DNA of 64,000 bases from contig JASVEC010000017.1 in the NCBI GenBank assembly GCA_030770535.1, forward strand, positions 682,001 through 746,000, in the 5' to 3' direction. The stretch comes from Batkoa obscura. Its lineage: Eukaryota. Position numbers and translations under genes: made by a program. Positions 37,471 to 50,732 of the stretch are shown piece after piece (the stretch's first letter is position 1; each line of letters begins with the position of its first letter). The notes beneath the pieces were generated by a model. That model saw only the letters and a program-made list of their open reading frames with translations. It made no database searches and was not told the DNA's origin.

Positions 37471-39060
37471 ACTACTCACACAAATTCGACTATTCTATGA
37501 TAAAAATAGGCGAAGTTACGAGCTACAACAGTCGATTTTTATTTATGTTTGAAAGCAAAGAAAACTGCCTTAGAATTCACACATGCTTGCAACTAAACAC
37601 CCCTATCAACAAAGGCTTGCTAAAAAAAGATTGAGTACATATAAATATAACATTTACTACTTTACTTGTTTAAAAATTATAAAATAATAAGACCTATAAA
37701 TTCTATTTTTGTATTTGCTTTGAGCACCCCAACATAATCAAGCTGGATGTTTCATTAAAGTTAAGTAAGTTTAATAAAATTAATTTATTATTCAATTATG
37801 CTAAATAGCAATGTGAATTTATAATAATAAATCCGATAGCATTAGAAGAACTCAAGGTTTAGTTAACGAACTTTGTAGCACATGGAAGTATTAATTTATA
37901 TTGTTAATATTACTTAGAGCTTTTGCGTTTATTTGTTTTAATACCATTCATATATTTTATTGTTATATCAATACAATGATATCATTTGTTACAATTTGTG
38001 CTATTTATAATTTGTGTAGTATTTTTATTTACTACTGTTTTTGAGCCTTAGTATACATCAAAGCTTTTAATTAAATTATATTATGCATATATTTTTTTAG
38101 CCTATTAACTATATAGTATTGAAGTTTTAGAGTAAATGGATACTTTTTCATATATTATTCTATTTGTTTATAGACAAAAGGTAAGGATCAAATGTGAGTC
38201 TAGTAGCTCTTATATAGCGGAAATTACTATATAGGGATTAGCCATTAAGAGATTATAATGCGAAATTAATTAAACTATGATAATTTAGTTGTAACTATCT
38301 CAACAATAATTTGACCGAATATATTATTTGAAATTTTGGAACATAGATAAAAAAGTACATTTAAAGGTCAATTATAGTGACCCCTTGCTACATTTATACA
38401 TTGATACAAGCTCTTTGGGATTAATTTTTTTTCCAAACCTTTCCTGTCATTATTAAGTTAATAATTATTTTGAGTTGACTATAGAAAAATATTTTAGTTA
38501 AAACTCGCTGTTATTGGACTTTCTATAAAAAAAATCTTAGAACCAATTGTGAAAGTTTTTAACAGTTTAAATAATATATTTGTAATATAGTAAACCTATT
38601 TTTACTAATAAAATGAATGATTTATAGCATAAAATGGCCAAAACAACATAACATCTATATATGCGAAAAGTAAATAGGTAAATAATTAAAAATATATAAT
38701 TTTATAAATCCAATTAAATTCAAACAAATTAAACCAGATCATACTTTCGCAATTTTATAAATGGAAATACGGTAATTCCAAAATTCTAAAAAAGGGATTA
38801 ATAAATTAATTATTGTATTTTTTTACGTTGTAAGAGAAAGCTACTTTATAAAGTTGAAATTTATTTTTAGAAGTATATAGCTAGGTAACCAACTAAAATA
38901 ACTAGAACTGGTGAGGAGAAACTTTGGACAAATTTGGTATTTCGAGAAAATCTAAACTACATGTGACCTCAAGAATTGGCTTTTATTAGTGTATTTGATA
39001 TAAAATATAAGTATATAAAGATTTTGTTATCCACCAATTTATCTATCAATTTTTGTTAAA

Positions 39061-39774
39061 ATGGATTCGACTTTGAGTAAACGTAGAGTGTTAGATATCA
39101 AAACCAAAAAGAACATAATAGAAAAAAGCGAGCTTGGTTTATCTCATCAAAAGATTGTGGATATGTATGATATAGGCCGTAGTACAGTAACTAAGATCAT
39201 CCAAAGAAAACAGTATATACTTAGTAGCACAATAGCTGAATACAGATCTAGTAGAAAACGTATTCGAAAAACAGAGTATGATTTACTTGAGAAAAAATTG
39301 CTAGAACTTTGCTTTGATTTCAACGATGGAAGATCTTTAATTAAACCTGGAGTAGATGCCGAAAGGATTATAGCTAAAGCTAATGAACTTGCAGTTGAAT
39401 TTGGGTATTGGAATTTTGTTGGTGATTTGATATGGGTTGGTAGATTCCGTAGGAAATATAATTTAAATTTTAAAATAAGTAAGAAGAAATTAAATAATAA
39501 CCCTGTTGTAACAAGCAATGTTACGCCAGACACTACAAACAACCAGCCTCAAGATAACAGTTCTTTTGATTCTAAATCATACGATCCTAGTTTAATTGGA
39601 TATAATAATAATAATTTGTTTGATCCTACGTATTTTAATTTTCCTTCTATTGAACCCTCCTTTTCTTCTTCCCCATTACTTTATTCTCAACATTCACCAT
39701 CGTTTGAACATAACTTTATGTTTGATCAATATTGTCAGGAGATTTACTATCCTTTAGCACATTACTATAATTAA
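39061..39774 (+). CDS. CENP-B/pogo-type bipartite HTH protein, paralog 7
   Basis: KRRVLDIKTK..HQKIVDMYDIGRSTVTKI, RKRIRKTEY, WVGRFRRKYNL, VVTSNV; TATATAAA at ~39012. Confidence 0.85.
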   Translation: MDSTLSKRRVLDIKTKKNIIEKSELGLSHQKIVDMYDIGRSTVTKIIQRKQYILSSTIAEYRSSRKRIRKTEYDLLEKKLLELCFDFNDGRSLIKPGVDAERIIAKANELAVEFGYWNFVGDLIWVGRFRRKYNLNFKISKKKLNNNPVVTSNVTPDTTNNQPQDNSSFDSKSYDPSLIGYNNNNLFDPTYFNFPSIEPSFSSSPLLYSQHSPSFEHNFMFDQYCQEIYYPLAHYYN

Positions 39775-41250
39775 TTTATAAGAAATTAGATCTTTTTGTT
39801 TATAACATAACTATTAAAATATTGAATATTAAAACTTTGAATTTCATTTTTTATTTTGAAAGTTTTTATTTTAACTTATAACATCTTTTATAATACATGA
39901 TTATAAATTTCGAAGGGAATATGATAATGCATATAACAGAAGTCATCATTTATTACCTTAATAATTATTGGTCTCGTTCTCTTTAAAATGTGATATAATA
40001 AAAGTAAAAGTGAAATTTGTGAAGGGAGTGTAACATTTATTTTATATTTAAAATCGGACATAATAAATAAATTTAAAATTTAAATTAATCATACTAAACT
40101 TAACAAGGATACGGGTGAGTGAAAAACCTGATTAAAATTTAAAAAATATCAGTTTGAGCTAGGATTGAGGTTACAAAAATCGCATGACTAATTTAAAAAA
40201 AAGTAAAAAGCGACTTTTAATAAATTTATGGCTAGTTTGCATTTTTTTATAAAATAGTAAAATATGGAAAGTGGAACCTTAAGTTCAAATCAGATTTTAT
40301 ATGATTGCGGTCACTTTTAATGGCATTTTTTCACTTGAAAATTAGCGACAGTATTCATTCTTTCTATTGAAATTAATTTCGTCATCATTTAATGAAATTG
40401 ATTTTCATTTTACAGCTTTCTTACTTTCAGCCTTTCTAACTTGTATACTATAAAATAGTCCCTACTGGTTGTTGAATGGTAGGCATTAACCTGAAATTTT
40501 TACTTAAAAATAAACGCCTTGAAAGGACTTTATGGTTAAAGATTAAACTAAAATAGCTATTGAACTATTATAAATAATGATAGTAGATTTATATAAGAGC
40601 TTAAGAATAGTCTAGATGCTCGCTTTCAAACCAAATCCATTCATTTTCTATTTTAAATACTAATTTATTAGAAGAGAACTTTTATATTTTCCACTCTAAA
40701 CTAAATAGAAAATATTATTAAAATCGCGGTCTACCCTTTTAGGATTCTTGAATAATAGACCATTTTAGGCAACTACATTAATTCTATCTGGTTAGATAAA
40801 TTGAAATTTACAAAATGGTACAGAAAATTAAACTAACAGAAGCAAGTAAATATTTATTCTAGAGTATTAAAATGTTAGCGCGATTTTACAAATAAACACT
40901 AAATATGGTAATTGGTATTTTAAATAATCCTGCTTATCAAGCAGGATTGGAATGGCTACTTGATGAACATTGCGTTTTAAAACTTTATCTTACTTTTAAA
41001 AATGCCATTTTCGCATTCTTGCCATTAAAATTTTATTGATTGCTATACTCATATCTTATTCATTCCGTTTATTTGTATATCACTTTATATGTCTTCCCAT
41101 TAACTTTATTTAATAGTTAGTAGTGAAATTCGATTCTACTATTGGCTCATCTTGAAACTATAGATTCCTTGATAGTAAAGTCAATATTATTATGCTATGA
41201 GAAATAACTTATTTCAGTCCAGATGTTATTGATGAAAACTGTAATACAAA

Positions 41251-41352
41251 TATGTGGGCGTTTTTTTTGGCTTCATCGCTTTTTCCATTTTTTAAGCGCT
41301 ATTTGAGCGGAAAGATTGTTAGTAACTCTTAAACACAAAAACACATCCCTAT
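41251..41352 (+). mobile_element. ~105-bp MITE
   Basis: TATGTGGGCGTTTTTTTT...AAGCGCTATTTGAGCGGAAAG...ACATCCCTA. Confidence 0.85.
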
Positions 41353-43690
41353 ATGATTACGTTTGAAAATCAAAATCGTCCTTAATTCTATAGCTTTATC
41401 AAATAGTAATCTTATAGTCAACTATTTTAAATATTATAAACTAATATTTTGATGAAATATAAGTTAACTATAAATAGTTGCTTACAACTTTTTAAAAAGT
41501 AAAATAAGAGCTATAAACTAGTTATTATGAAATTTGCTGTAATTTTTTCCAAAATGTGTGTCAGGTCAATAGACTAGTAATGGGTTTGTTTACATAAAAA
41601 AGAACAGAGAAGGAAAGGAAATTTAATATAAAAGAAGCAAAAGCTTAAAATTCGATGAGGCAGCCTATACACAAACTCGAAGTCTAAAAGAGGCTTGACT
41701 ATAAATTCAAGCTATATGGATGTGACTTTTAGGCCATAAAAAAGCAAATTCGTTTTTTTTAGGAAATAAACCAATAACAGAAATAAAGAGAAATGTAGCT
41801 TCTGATTTTATACTGCAAAGCGTAAAAGTTATGTGTATAATCCATAATCTGTAAACCACAACCAAAGGTAAGGATTAAAAATCAAGAAGTGAAAAGGGAA
41901 TTTAGAGGAGTGTTTAGTACTAGATTCAAACAAGAAAGTAAAAGAATTATAATACAGTATATCTAACCCAGCTCTCTTGATTTATTTTTTAAGTTTTTGC
42001 TTCAAGAGAAATTAAATTTTTTACACTAAAATAAAAATCAACAAATAGAAACATCTTTTTTGTTTAAGAATCCTATCAACAGTTTTTCATTCAGTGTTGC
42101 TTAATAATTGGAAAAATAAAGGAAACCAGAAGATTCAACCCCAGATTAAATTTTTGTAAATCAGCAAATAATTTAAAAAAATTACATACGACTTTTACAT
42201 CCCAACAAACTCAAAAAACAACCAAACTATGTTGTATTGAAAACATCAAGCCCAAAAACTCAGAAACCTTTGGTTAAGCAGCAGTTTTAATAATTTCAAT
42301 AGCATCATCATACCTACTATGGCCCATATTTTCTTTCCGGGTAGAAGGTACTCTCAGTAAATAAATCCCCCCCACTTCTCTTCCTAATCCAAGTAATACA
42401 AAAAATGTAAACTCCTTTGCACAAAGCCCTTTTGGCTATGTATACCAATTAGAACCATATTCCTCAGTCCCTCAAACCCACTCCACTCTATCTTTAGCCT
42501 TAATAAAAACTGGCACAGACACGCAATTTTCAAAAAGCAACTTTAATAATTACTTGTTAAAACCGTTAGAAATTTAGTATACAATCAATATCTAACAAGA
42601 ACCTTTTAGTAATGAATGAACAATTAATTATTAACATATAATTTCTCAAAAGGGTAATTCACAAATTATTTTGACGTTCTATCTGATCTTGACTTTATGT
42701 TTTAAATTTACTTTTATATTCTTTAAACAGGCATTGGAGCAGTTTCGGGAAAAACTAGTGAGTAACATAAAAGTTTAATGTTCTAATTTCGTATTAGGAT
42801 CTAAATGGTATCAGCAGCAAGTCCTTCGTTAATTTACCCGAAAATAGAATAGTCAGAAGGTTTTGGCTTATTGGACTTATAATAACAAGATGACTCAATC
42901 GTTTCGGAAGAACATATTTATCATAAACTTTTAGTTTCATTGTAGTGAATACTTGTTCTTAAACACAAGCTCTAGGCCAACCTAAAAACAATTTGCTTTC
43001 AAAATAAATTGTAAGGTTCTAAAAATCCATACTTATAGTGTATGATAAAAAGTAGCTAGGCATAACATGTCGTCTGACTGAAACTTTGTCCAACCATCTA
43101 AAGATAAACTCATAGTGTCTTTTCAAAAATCAAACAAAGAAGGTGTCATCAGATTTTTGTAAAGCCCATCAAAACAATATTGTATATATGAAACAGATAC
43201 ACTGCTACGTCTATTGACCCCACCTATTGACCCATATATGCTAAATACATATGGCCTTTGCTTCAATCACTACATTATTTATTTGCAGTGTAAAGAGTAA
43301 CTTCGGTTTATTTGGACACTAACTTTAGAGCAAACTTGATATTGTTGTGTTTATAACTCTTGTTATGGACATTTATAAGTCGATAACTAAGAGATCAGAT
43401 TTTAAAATGAATGGAGTATAGTCAAAATAGCAATTTAAACTAAAGGACTAGAAATTTCTCATATACTAGTAAGATTGGTGACGGTTTTATTCGGTATAAT
43501 ATGTAAATACATAAGAAACAGATTTAAATTACAATAAGTTATTGAAAAACAGCCCTTAGAGTAAACTATAAATTTAAAACAGAAAAGTTTGTATAGTAAC
43601 AATCTCGAAAAAAATCTGATATGTTAATCAATTTTTATTAATTTTATTTTTTAATGTTTTTACAAAATAGCAAAGGAAAAACCAAATCTT

Positions 43691-44527
43691 TTAATTATAA
43701 TTATTGCAAAATCCTAACTCAAGAAAGGAACTGAGCTCAGACGTCGTTTGAGGAAATTGATTATATTCTGGGATAGAAGGTGATGATATGCAATTAAATG
43801 CGTCTAAAGAATGAATTGAAGAAGATTCTGGGCTACAGTTGTGCAGAGGAAGGAAAGGGTGATCGGGACCAGCACCCCAGTTTATTGAAAAGTAAGAGAA
43901 ACTGTTAGAGTTTAATGGTGGAAAGTTTGGGATATAATAATTTGAGCTGTTCAAAGCTAAGGGAAACAACTCATTATTGAAACTAGAAGGGTTTTGGATT
44001 GGCGATATACTATCGCTATTTGCTGTATATACAAATGGATTATACATTATGTTGCTCCTTACGATATTTATGGGTGAGCAATCTATCTTGTTAGGAACTT
44101 CTTTTTTTGTTACTTTAAAACCAAGTTGAAATCTCTTGCGGAACTTTAACAGCCAAGTATGAGTGGCCTCAAAGCTGGCTATATCCAATTCTTTGGCGAT
44201 TTGATTTGCTTTATAGATAATATCATGTGGTTGAATTTGAACGCTATCATTGCTCTTTTCACTGTTGAGATCATTGTACCATTCTATGACTCTTTTTTCA
44301 ATTATGTCAAATTGATTTATCCTGATTCTCTTCCTGTTATCATCATATTCACCAATAGTATTATTTAAAATCACGTTTTTTCGTAATAGTATTTTAGTTA
44401 CTGTACTACGTCCAATATTAAAACTCTCAGCTATCTTTTGATGTGAGCATCCACTTTTACTAAGCTCAATAATATCTTTTTTGGTTTTGATGTCTAAAAC
44501 ACGACGTTTGGGTTGGTTTGGCGACAT
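43691..44527 (-). CDS. CENP-B/pogo-type bipartite HTH protein, paralog 8
   Basis: HQKIAESFNIGRSTVTKI, RKRIRINQF, WLLKFRKRFQL, IVRSNI; S/N/P/F tail; TATAAAA ~60 bp upstream. Confidence 0.85.
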   Translation of the reverse strand: MSPNQPKRRVLDIKTKKDIIELSKSGCSHQKIAESFNIGRSTVTKILLRKNVILNNTIGEYDDNRKRIRINQFDIIEKRVIEWYNDLNSEKSNDSVQIQPHDIIYKANQIAKELDIASFEATHTWLLKFRKRFQLGFKVTKKEVPNKIDCSPINIVRSNIMYNPFVYTANSDSISPIQNPSSFNNELFPLALNSSNYYIPNFPPLNSNSFSYFSINWGAGPDHPFLPLHNCSPESSSIHSLDAFNCISSPSIPEYNQFPQTTSELSSFLELGFCNNYN

Positions 44528-45259
44528 AATAATTTATATTTAGTTAGTAATCTTTTGAATTTTGTTTTTTCGGGATTACTTCTCTCCTTTTATACATTTT
44601 GAAATTAATCTGTCCATTCCAAAAACGAAATCTATTCTCTTATTCGCGAGTTTCCATCTCGAGTTCCCTTTTATGAATATAAAAACCTTTGCTTACTATA
44701 TTTGTAAAAGTTCCTTAACATTGTAAGAACAATTTAAATCGAACTCCGTAATTCTAAGGTAGCATCAGGCTTAAAATTTATGTTGATTCTATAAACAGCG
44801 TATGAGGATGTCTTTTTTGCTTCAATATTTAGTTTTCCGTTTTCAATTTTATATTGCATAAATATGTAAAAACAATGAACCAAAAGTCATTTCTACATCC
44901 TTTCTGTATCATTTATTTGTGCTAACTAAAAGGTCCACTTTTGTACATTTTTTTATTTAGCTTATTTTCTAGCTATCTGACTAACTTCTGCCATGCAATG
45001 TTAAAATTTTTCCAATTCCAATTACCTTTTTAATGACACATTCTATATAATGCTTAATCGTTAGAGCTTTTTAAGGCAAACATCATACCACAAATGGTAC
45101 AAAGAACATACCTAGAACAATTGACATTTTTTATATATTAATTGTGTTTCAAAAATTAATAATGGTTTAATATAATCTTAAAGAGAGCTATCACTTATTT
45201 ACTACATAAACTTACATTCTACAATATGCGTTTTTCAATTAAATAATTAGATTACAATA

Positions 45260-45309
45260 AAGCGCTTAAAAATGGAAAAAGTGACGAAACCAAAAAAATA
45301 TCCTCATAT
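45260..45309 (-). mobile_element. Partial MITE
   Basis: AAGCGCTTAAAAATGGAAAAAGTGACGAAACCAAAAAAATATCCTCATA. Confidence 0.7.
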
Positions 45310-46744
45310 GTTTAAGCTGCTTTTGTTTTTAATAGTCATACTACTTCAAAATTACTGTATGGTTTACCTAAAAAATATTAATAATTAGTTTAGTTTTAAA
45401 ATTTCATACAAATTCTTTTGAGCAATTATGTGATTTCTATCACTGCTTCAAATTGTTCTGCTCTTTTAGTTTATCATTGGAAGCTAACTCTATCTTACCA
45501 GGCTAACCGCTGTTAACCAAATCTATACCTTTATTTGGGATTAGTAACTTAATATATATTCTTAAAGTAAATCGGAATAATTATCCTATAATAAACGCCT
45601 TAAAAGATGATTATTATTTATAACACTCCTTTCCTTCGCTTTTTCATACTTTATCAAGTTACTCATTAAATATATACCTTATTGTAATTATACATATTTG
45701 TACCTTTGTCTAGATTTAATGATTTATTGAAAACTTAACGGTGAGCCTCATTATTTTCTATCCAAGTAAATATTCCACGTGTTTGCTTATATGTCTTCTT
45801 ATATATGAATTTTATATACAATATCATCTGTTATTCCCTCATGATTTTCTTTTATAAAAGCTTTATAAAATTTATATTGTCCAAATCACATTAAATAGTC
45901 TATTCATATATAATGTCCGAAAACTTTATATACATAAATAACACGAATGTTGCCACGAACGCTAGTTTCTCTGTACAGTTTAACTTTTCTCTTCCTTTTA
46001 TTTAGCAAACCATCAATGCTTTCAAATGTAAATTGTGTTTGTGTTCATTAAGCTTTAAAATTAAAGCAATACTGTTCTAGATGGACTTTGCTACTATTGT
46101 CTGAATACAAGCAAGAACTAAATGTTTGGTACAAAGATTATTTATCCATTTTATAAACTATAGCTATGAGCAAATATTCACATTATTAAAAAAAGACCAA
46201 AAGTAACTTTATCGAATTTCAAACAAGTACTTGGGACAAGTTTCTTAGTTCAAAAACCTTATCTTAAAAAATAATATCGACTCTTCACTAGATTTAAGTC
46301 TTTACACTATAAGAGGTGATCAGGGCAATTAATAAAATTATGATTTCATTTATTAAAATATGAAGAAGTATTTACTTTGTTTAATAAAAACTTTTTTCTC
46401 TATACTGAATCAACCAATAACTTCCCTAAGTTACTCTGATACCCCCTGCGGTGTATGTAGTACAAAATTGCTACATTTTAAAATTTTAAGGCTTCAAGTG
46501 AAAATGTCACTAATATTTTAATTCAGCTGTTTGAAATATAACGAATCAATTAGCTCTATTGGAAATTACTTAATTTAGATAAATAACAATGATTTATAAT
46601 TATATTATAAGAATTATTTGTAAAATTAGTGCGCAGATTACCATTTAATTTTATTGCTTAAAGTTTAAGTACTTCTAAGAGTACAGTAACCAAGATGACT
46701 GACTGCAAGGAAAAAATAAAGCTTGGCAAAATATAACAATTGCA

Positions 46745-46910
46745 TTTGATTTTGCAACTTATCAAATTGAATTCCTTGTGCTTTTATCTTAAATTTAGCA
46801 TTCTCTGATTTCAAAATGGGGTGAAAATTAAGCTAGATGTTAATTTAATCAAAAATTAATTTGATAACTTGGCACAAGGATCTCAATTTGCTGAATCATA
46901 AAATCAAATT
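46745..46910. repeat. Imperfect inverted repeat, probably an old foldback/MITE remnant
   Basis: ATTTGATTTT..CAAATTGAATTCCTTGTGC pairs with GCACAAGGATCTCAATTTG..AAAATCAAAT. Confidence 0.55.
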
Positions 46911-47043
46911 GTGATTACTCTACTTGATCTTAATGATTTTTTATTTAGCTTTCGTTATAAATTGTTAATTCATTTCGCTTTGTAATGACCAACAATAAAA
47001 CGTTGGTTGTTTTTTATTGATACAAAACAGCTTTACCCAAAAG

Positions 47044-47154
47044 ATCAAAAACTAATGCTATAATGAGGAAACCTCTATAGCTGTTTTTTGATCTAATCAA
47101 AAACTAATGCTATAATGAGGAAACCTCTATAGCTGTTTTTTGATCTAATCAAAA
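47044..47154. repeat. Perfect 52-bp tandem duplication
   Basis: ATCAAAAACTAATGCTATAATGAGGAAACCTCTATAGCTGTTTTTTGATCTA x2. Confidence 0.95.
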
Positions 47155-47920
47155 GTTTGTTTGATTATCATTTATTTTTTTATGAAAAACAGTGGCAACT
47201 TCCACTGTTGCAACCTATTACCTCCATTTAAAAAGCTCTGCTAATTCTTTCACTATTTGCATCATTACTTACGTAGATACCTGATATAACCCAAATAACT
47301 GATTCGAGGTGATAGTTGACTATCAAAGCTTTATCTAAACCTTCAATCAAGTTTAAAATAATAAAAGGGATCATTCAATCAACTCAAAATTTGTTGGTAA
47401 AAATAATACTTATTTATTTTTGATATTGATTCTAACCCTTTATGTAATAGTTTATTTAATATCATATTATTGCCTTTTCTCTTTCTTTTTGATTTAGTTA
47501 CTGGTAGTTTAACATCGCGTATCTTTGATTTAATTACATATTTGCTTTAACTTTGATATGAATAAAAATAATTTATTTGATATTTTCAAACACAGATAAA
47601 TTTACAAGTATTATTTTCAAATTTAGCATAAATGTAAACTATATCACAATAGTTAAAAATATAACTTAATGGCTTAATTAGCATCCAAGTCAAAAGTACT
47701 CAGTGGTGTAATAATAAAATACTTTTAACTATTTCAAATGGCCATGAGTAAGCACAAATTGTTATTAAATAAACAGTCTAATTTTATATACTATAATATT
47801 ATTTACTGCCCAACAACATTAAAAGATAAAACATTACCTTTTAAAAACAAATTTAATACTTTCAAAACTCAATAAAAGCATCATTGGTTTATCAATAAAC
47901 TTATTTCATACTAAAGTCTA

Positions 47921-48159
47921 TACAGAATCTTACCCCGAATTTTTCATTTTCAACCCATAACTAGTGCCAGTTTTGTTTAAAAACAATGCCCAATTTTCTA
48001 AGCTAAAGTGTAACTTGGAAAACTCGCAGCATTTTAAGCAGCCAGTCTTTAATTTTGACTTAAAATTGGAAACCATTTTTCATCAAACTTGGAATGATCA
48101 AATCCTATACTAGAAAAACTAAATATTGAAAGTGAAAAACTCGGGGTAAAAATCCTATA
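47921..48159. mobile_element. ~240-bp MITE with ~33-bp TIRs starting TA-CAG (Tc1/mariner/pogo-like)
   Basis: Left TACAGAATCTTACCCCGAATTTTTCATTTTCAA; right end reverse-complemented TATAGGATTTTTACCCCGAGTTTTTCACTTTCAA. Confidence 0.75.
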
Positions 48160-48709
48160 CTTTGAATTTACTAAAAAGTATTTATTATAGCAAAATAGGT
48201 ATATTATACGATTTTGAAATTTTTTTTAGTAAAGAATCGCATGTCAAGTATCCTCTACTCGGATTTATTTGTAACATAAATGTACTGTCGCTACTTTCTA
48301 TAAATAATTAATGCTATGTAGGATATAAGTTTCTAAGATGATCTATAAATCTAGAATATGTTATAAAAACTATTTCTACATTTGTTCATTATTGAATCAA
48401 TTAATGTAGTGATGCTTTTTAAGCACTTCTAATTAATGACTATTTCTCTAGTATCACGAAGGTGGCAAAAAACTACAATGGCTATATAGTAACTACAATG
48501 TTTTATAGCTACGCCACTTAGATATACTCTATATAATGGATTGTATATTGAGCATATTAAAGATTTGAATCTTAAATTTTATTTTAAGCAACAGGTTAGC
48601 TTTAAATCCTAGAATCATATTACTTCGATGTATTTTCTTTTTCTTCATTGATCGTTTATTTTTAACCTTTTATCTATTAAAAATACTCTCTTAAATCAAT
48701 AAACTACCA

Positions 48710-48811
48710 TACAGTGATGTATTTTTGTTTAAGAATTTACTAACAATTATTCTACTCAAATAGTGCTTAAAAAATGGAAAAAGTGATGAAACTAAAAAAA
48801 ATACCATCATA
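48710..48811 (-). mobile_element. ~105-bp MITE
   Basis: Reverse copy with CTCAAATAGTGCTTAAAAAATGGAAAAAGTGATGAAAC. Confidence 0.8.
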
Positions 48812-50003
48812 CTTTTCCTATATGTTAAAGTCGCAATATTCCACCTATAGTATTTCTACTTTAGATAGCAGAGTTTAATTATTAACTTTACATTTGCAGT
48901 AAAATAATGTTTAGTGCTCATGTGTTTTTATCGGAACAGTAACTGTAAAAAAATGCAATAATATATTACCTTGATGTAATTTCAAATGGTAGAAACCAAC
49001 CTTGATACGGTTTAATTTATAATGCTTGGCATTATTAAGCTTTACGAATAGAGTAATGCAGTCATGGGGGACATGGTATATGATTAAGGATTGTAACTAA
49101 AAATGGGAAACTAGGATACTTATTCAATCTAAATAAAATAATAACTAGGACTTAATTATTCTTAATTATTCTTAATTATTACACAAATATTTTTTATGAA
49201 TAATAATAGTTGTTTATAAAATTTTTAGGACTAAAACATAAACTCTTGGGCATCACCCAGGTATCTAATAATCTAAATTCATAAGAGCTATTAATGTTTA
49301 CTTAAACCTTCATATTTTTTAATTATCAGATTTGTAAGTTGTGTTTACTACTATATTTGAACTAAAATCAAGTTTGAGTTGATTCATAAAATTGATGTTC
49401 CGATTTGATATTACTTATTCTTGAATTTTATCAATAAACTAGATCCTTTATTTAGTAGTAGAACATTAAACAAAAGGAATAAGAATATATAGGTTAAATC
49501 ATCTAGGTGTAATTAATAAAAGTTCCATTTTCTTTCTAAACAATTAGTATAAATTTAAACTTTATTTGGATCTATCCGTCGCTGTAGTATTATTTAGTAA
49601 CAAATCTTGTATTTAATCGCATTTTACTAACTGTCATCAACCAAGTATATGTTTAGATTTGCTTTAAATTGTTATAGTAAAGCCAAGTTTTAAGTTACAA
49701 TCTTTACCTAATATTATATTTAAGGGTTAAAGCCCTTATTGTACCTCAAGATTCAAAATAAAAGTAAAAGACTTTAGCTAGATACAACAGAAATGACAAT
49801 TTATAATTGCCTATAAATAATTTGAGTTTTTAATTTATTTTTGTGCGAGGAAAATTATAAATTAAATCGCTATATATGGAAAATGCATTCTTGAATGTTT
49901 ACAATGTAGTCACAGTTTCAAACCGGGTATAAATAGTCAGGTATAAAAAGGAGGTGGAAATAGTAAAAGTTTAGGAAAAAGCTATTTAAATTATAACCAT
50001 ATT

Positions 50004-50732
50004 ATGGCTATCACGGAAACTAAGGGCAAAAGAGCAACATTAGATTTAAAAACTAAAAGAAAAATCATAGAAATCGCCGAGCTCGGCTATTCCCACCAAA
50101 AGATTGCAGATAAATTCAACATTGGGCGTAGCACAGTAACAAAAATATTGTTAAAGAAGGATGTCCTATTAAACACAATTGAATCAGAAATTGATTTGAG
50201 TAGAAAAAGATTAAGACGTACTGAGCTTAATGGTCTGGAAAATAAGTTGGCAGCCTGGTACTCGGAAGCGAATACAAACAAATCCCATATAGTAAATCTT
50301 CAGGCATTAAAATCCCAAGCCATCGTCCTTGCTGAAAAAATGGGAATTAATAATTTTAACTTCGATAGTGCTTGGATTCAGAAATTTTGTACTAAATTCC
50401 GTTTATCTACTCAAGGCCAAGTTAGAATTGAGCCTATAGTTAAAAGTAATGTGCCAGAATTTCTTTTTGATCTTAGTTCTAACCATCTTGATGTGGACTT
50501 AATGGGTGATAATAACTATAGTCCAAATACCGGTAATTTTAGCTTGAGGGTAGATGGGAGCCTTAGCCCGATTGCCACTAACTTAAATTTATCTGGTGAC
50601 AACAGCCTTGGTTCGAATTATTATCATCCCAACTCACTAAGTCACTTATATTCTCCATATAGCGGTTCACCTGTAAATGAGATAACGCTATTTCAATATC
50701 AACAATACACAAGTAATACACACTATTTTTAA
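50004..50732 (+). CDS. CENP-B/pogo-type bipartite HTH protein, paralog 9
   Basis: HQKIADKFNIGRSTVTKI, RKRLRRTEL..LE..LAAWY, WIQKFCTKFRL, IVKSNVPE; TATAAAA at ~49943. Confidence 0.85.
   Translation: MAITETKGKRATLDLKTKRKIIEIAELGYSHQKIADKFNIGRSTVTKILLKKDVLLNTIESEIDLSRKRLRRTELNGLENKLAAWYSEANTNKSHIVNLQALKSQAIVLAEKMGINNFNFDSAWIQKFCTKFRLSTQGQVRIEPIVKSNVPEFLFDLSSNHLDVDLMGDNNYSPNTGNFSLRVDGSLSPIATNLNLSGDNSLGSNYYHPNSLSHLYSPYSGSPVNEITLFQYQQYTSNTHYF

Noticed and set aside
40926..40949. Hairpin AATCCTGCTT-ATC-AAGCAGGATT as a Helitron 3' end or terminator
   Set aside because: No CTRR at the expected distance and no second copy.
41580..42520. Possible decayed gene or HTH paralog with a P/S/N-rich tail
   Set aside because: No diagnostic motif recoverable; interrupted by a degenerate MITE near 42050.
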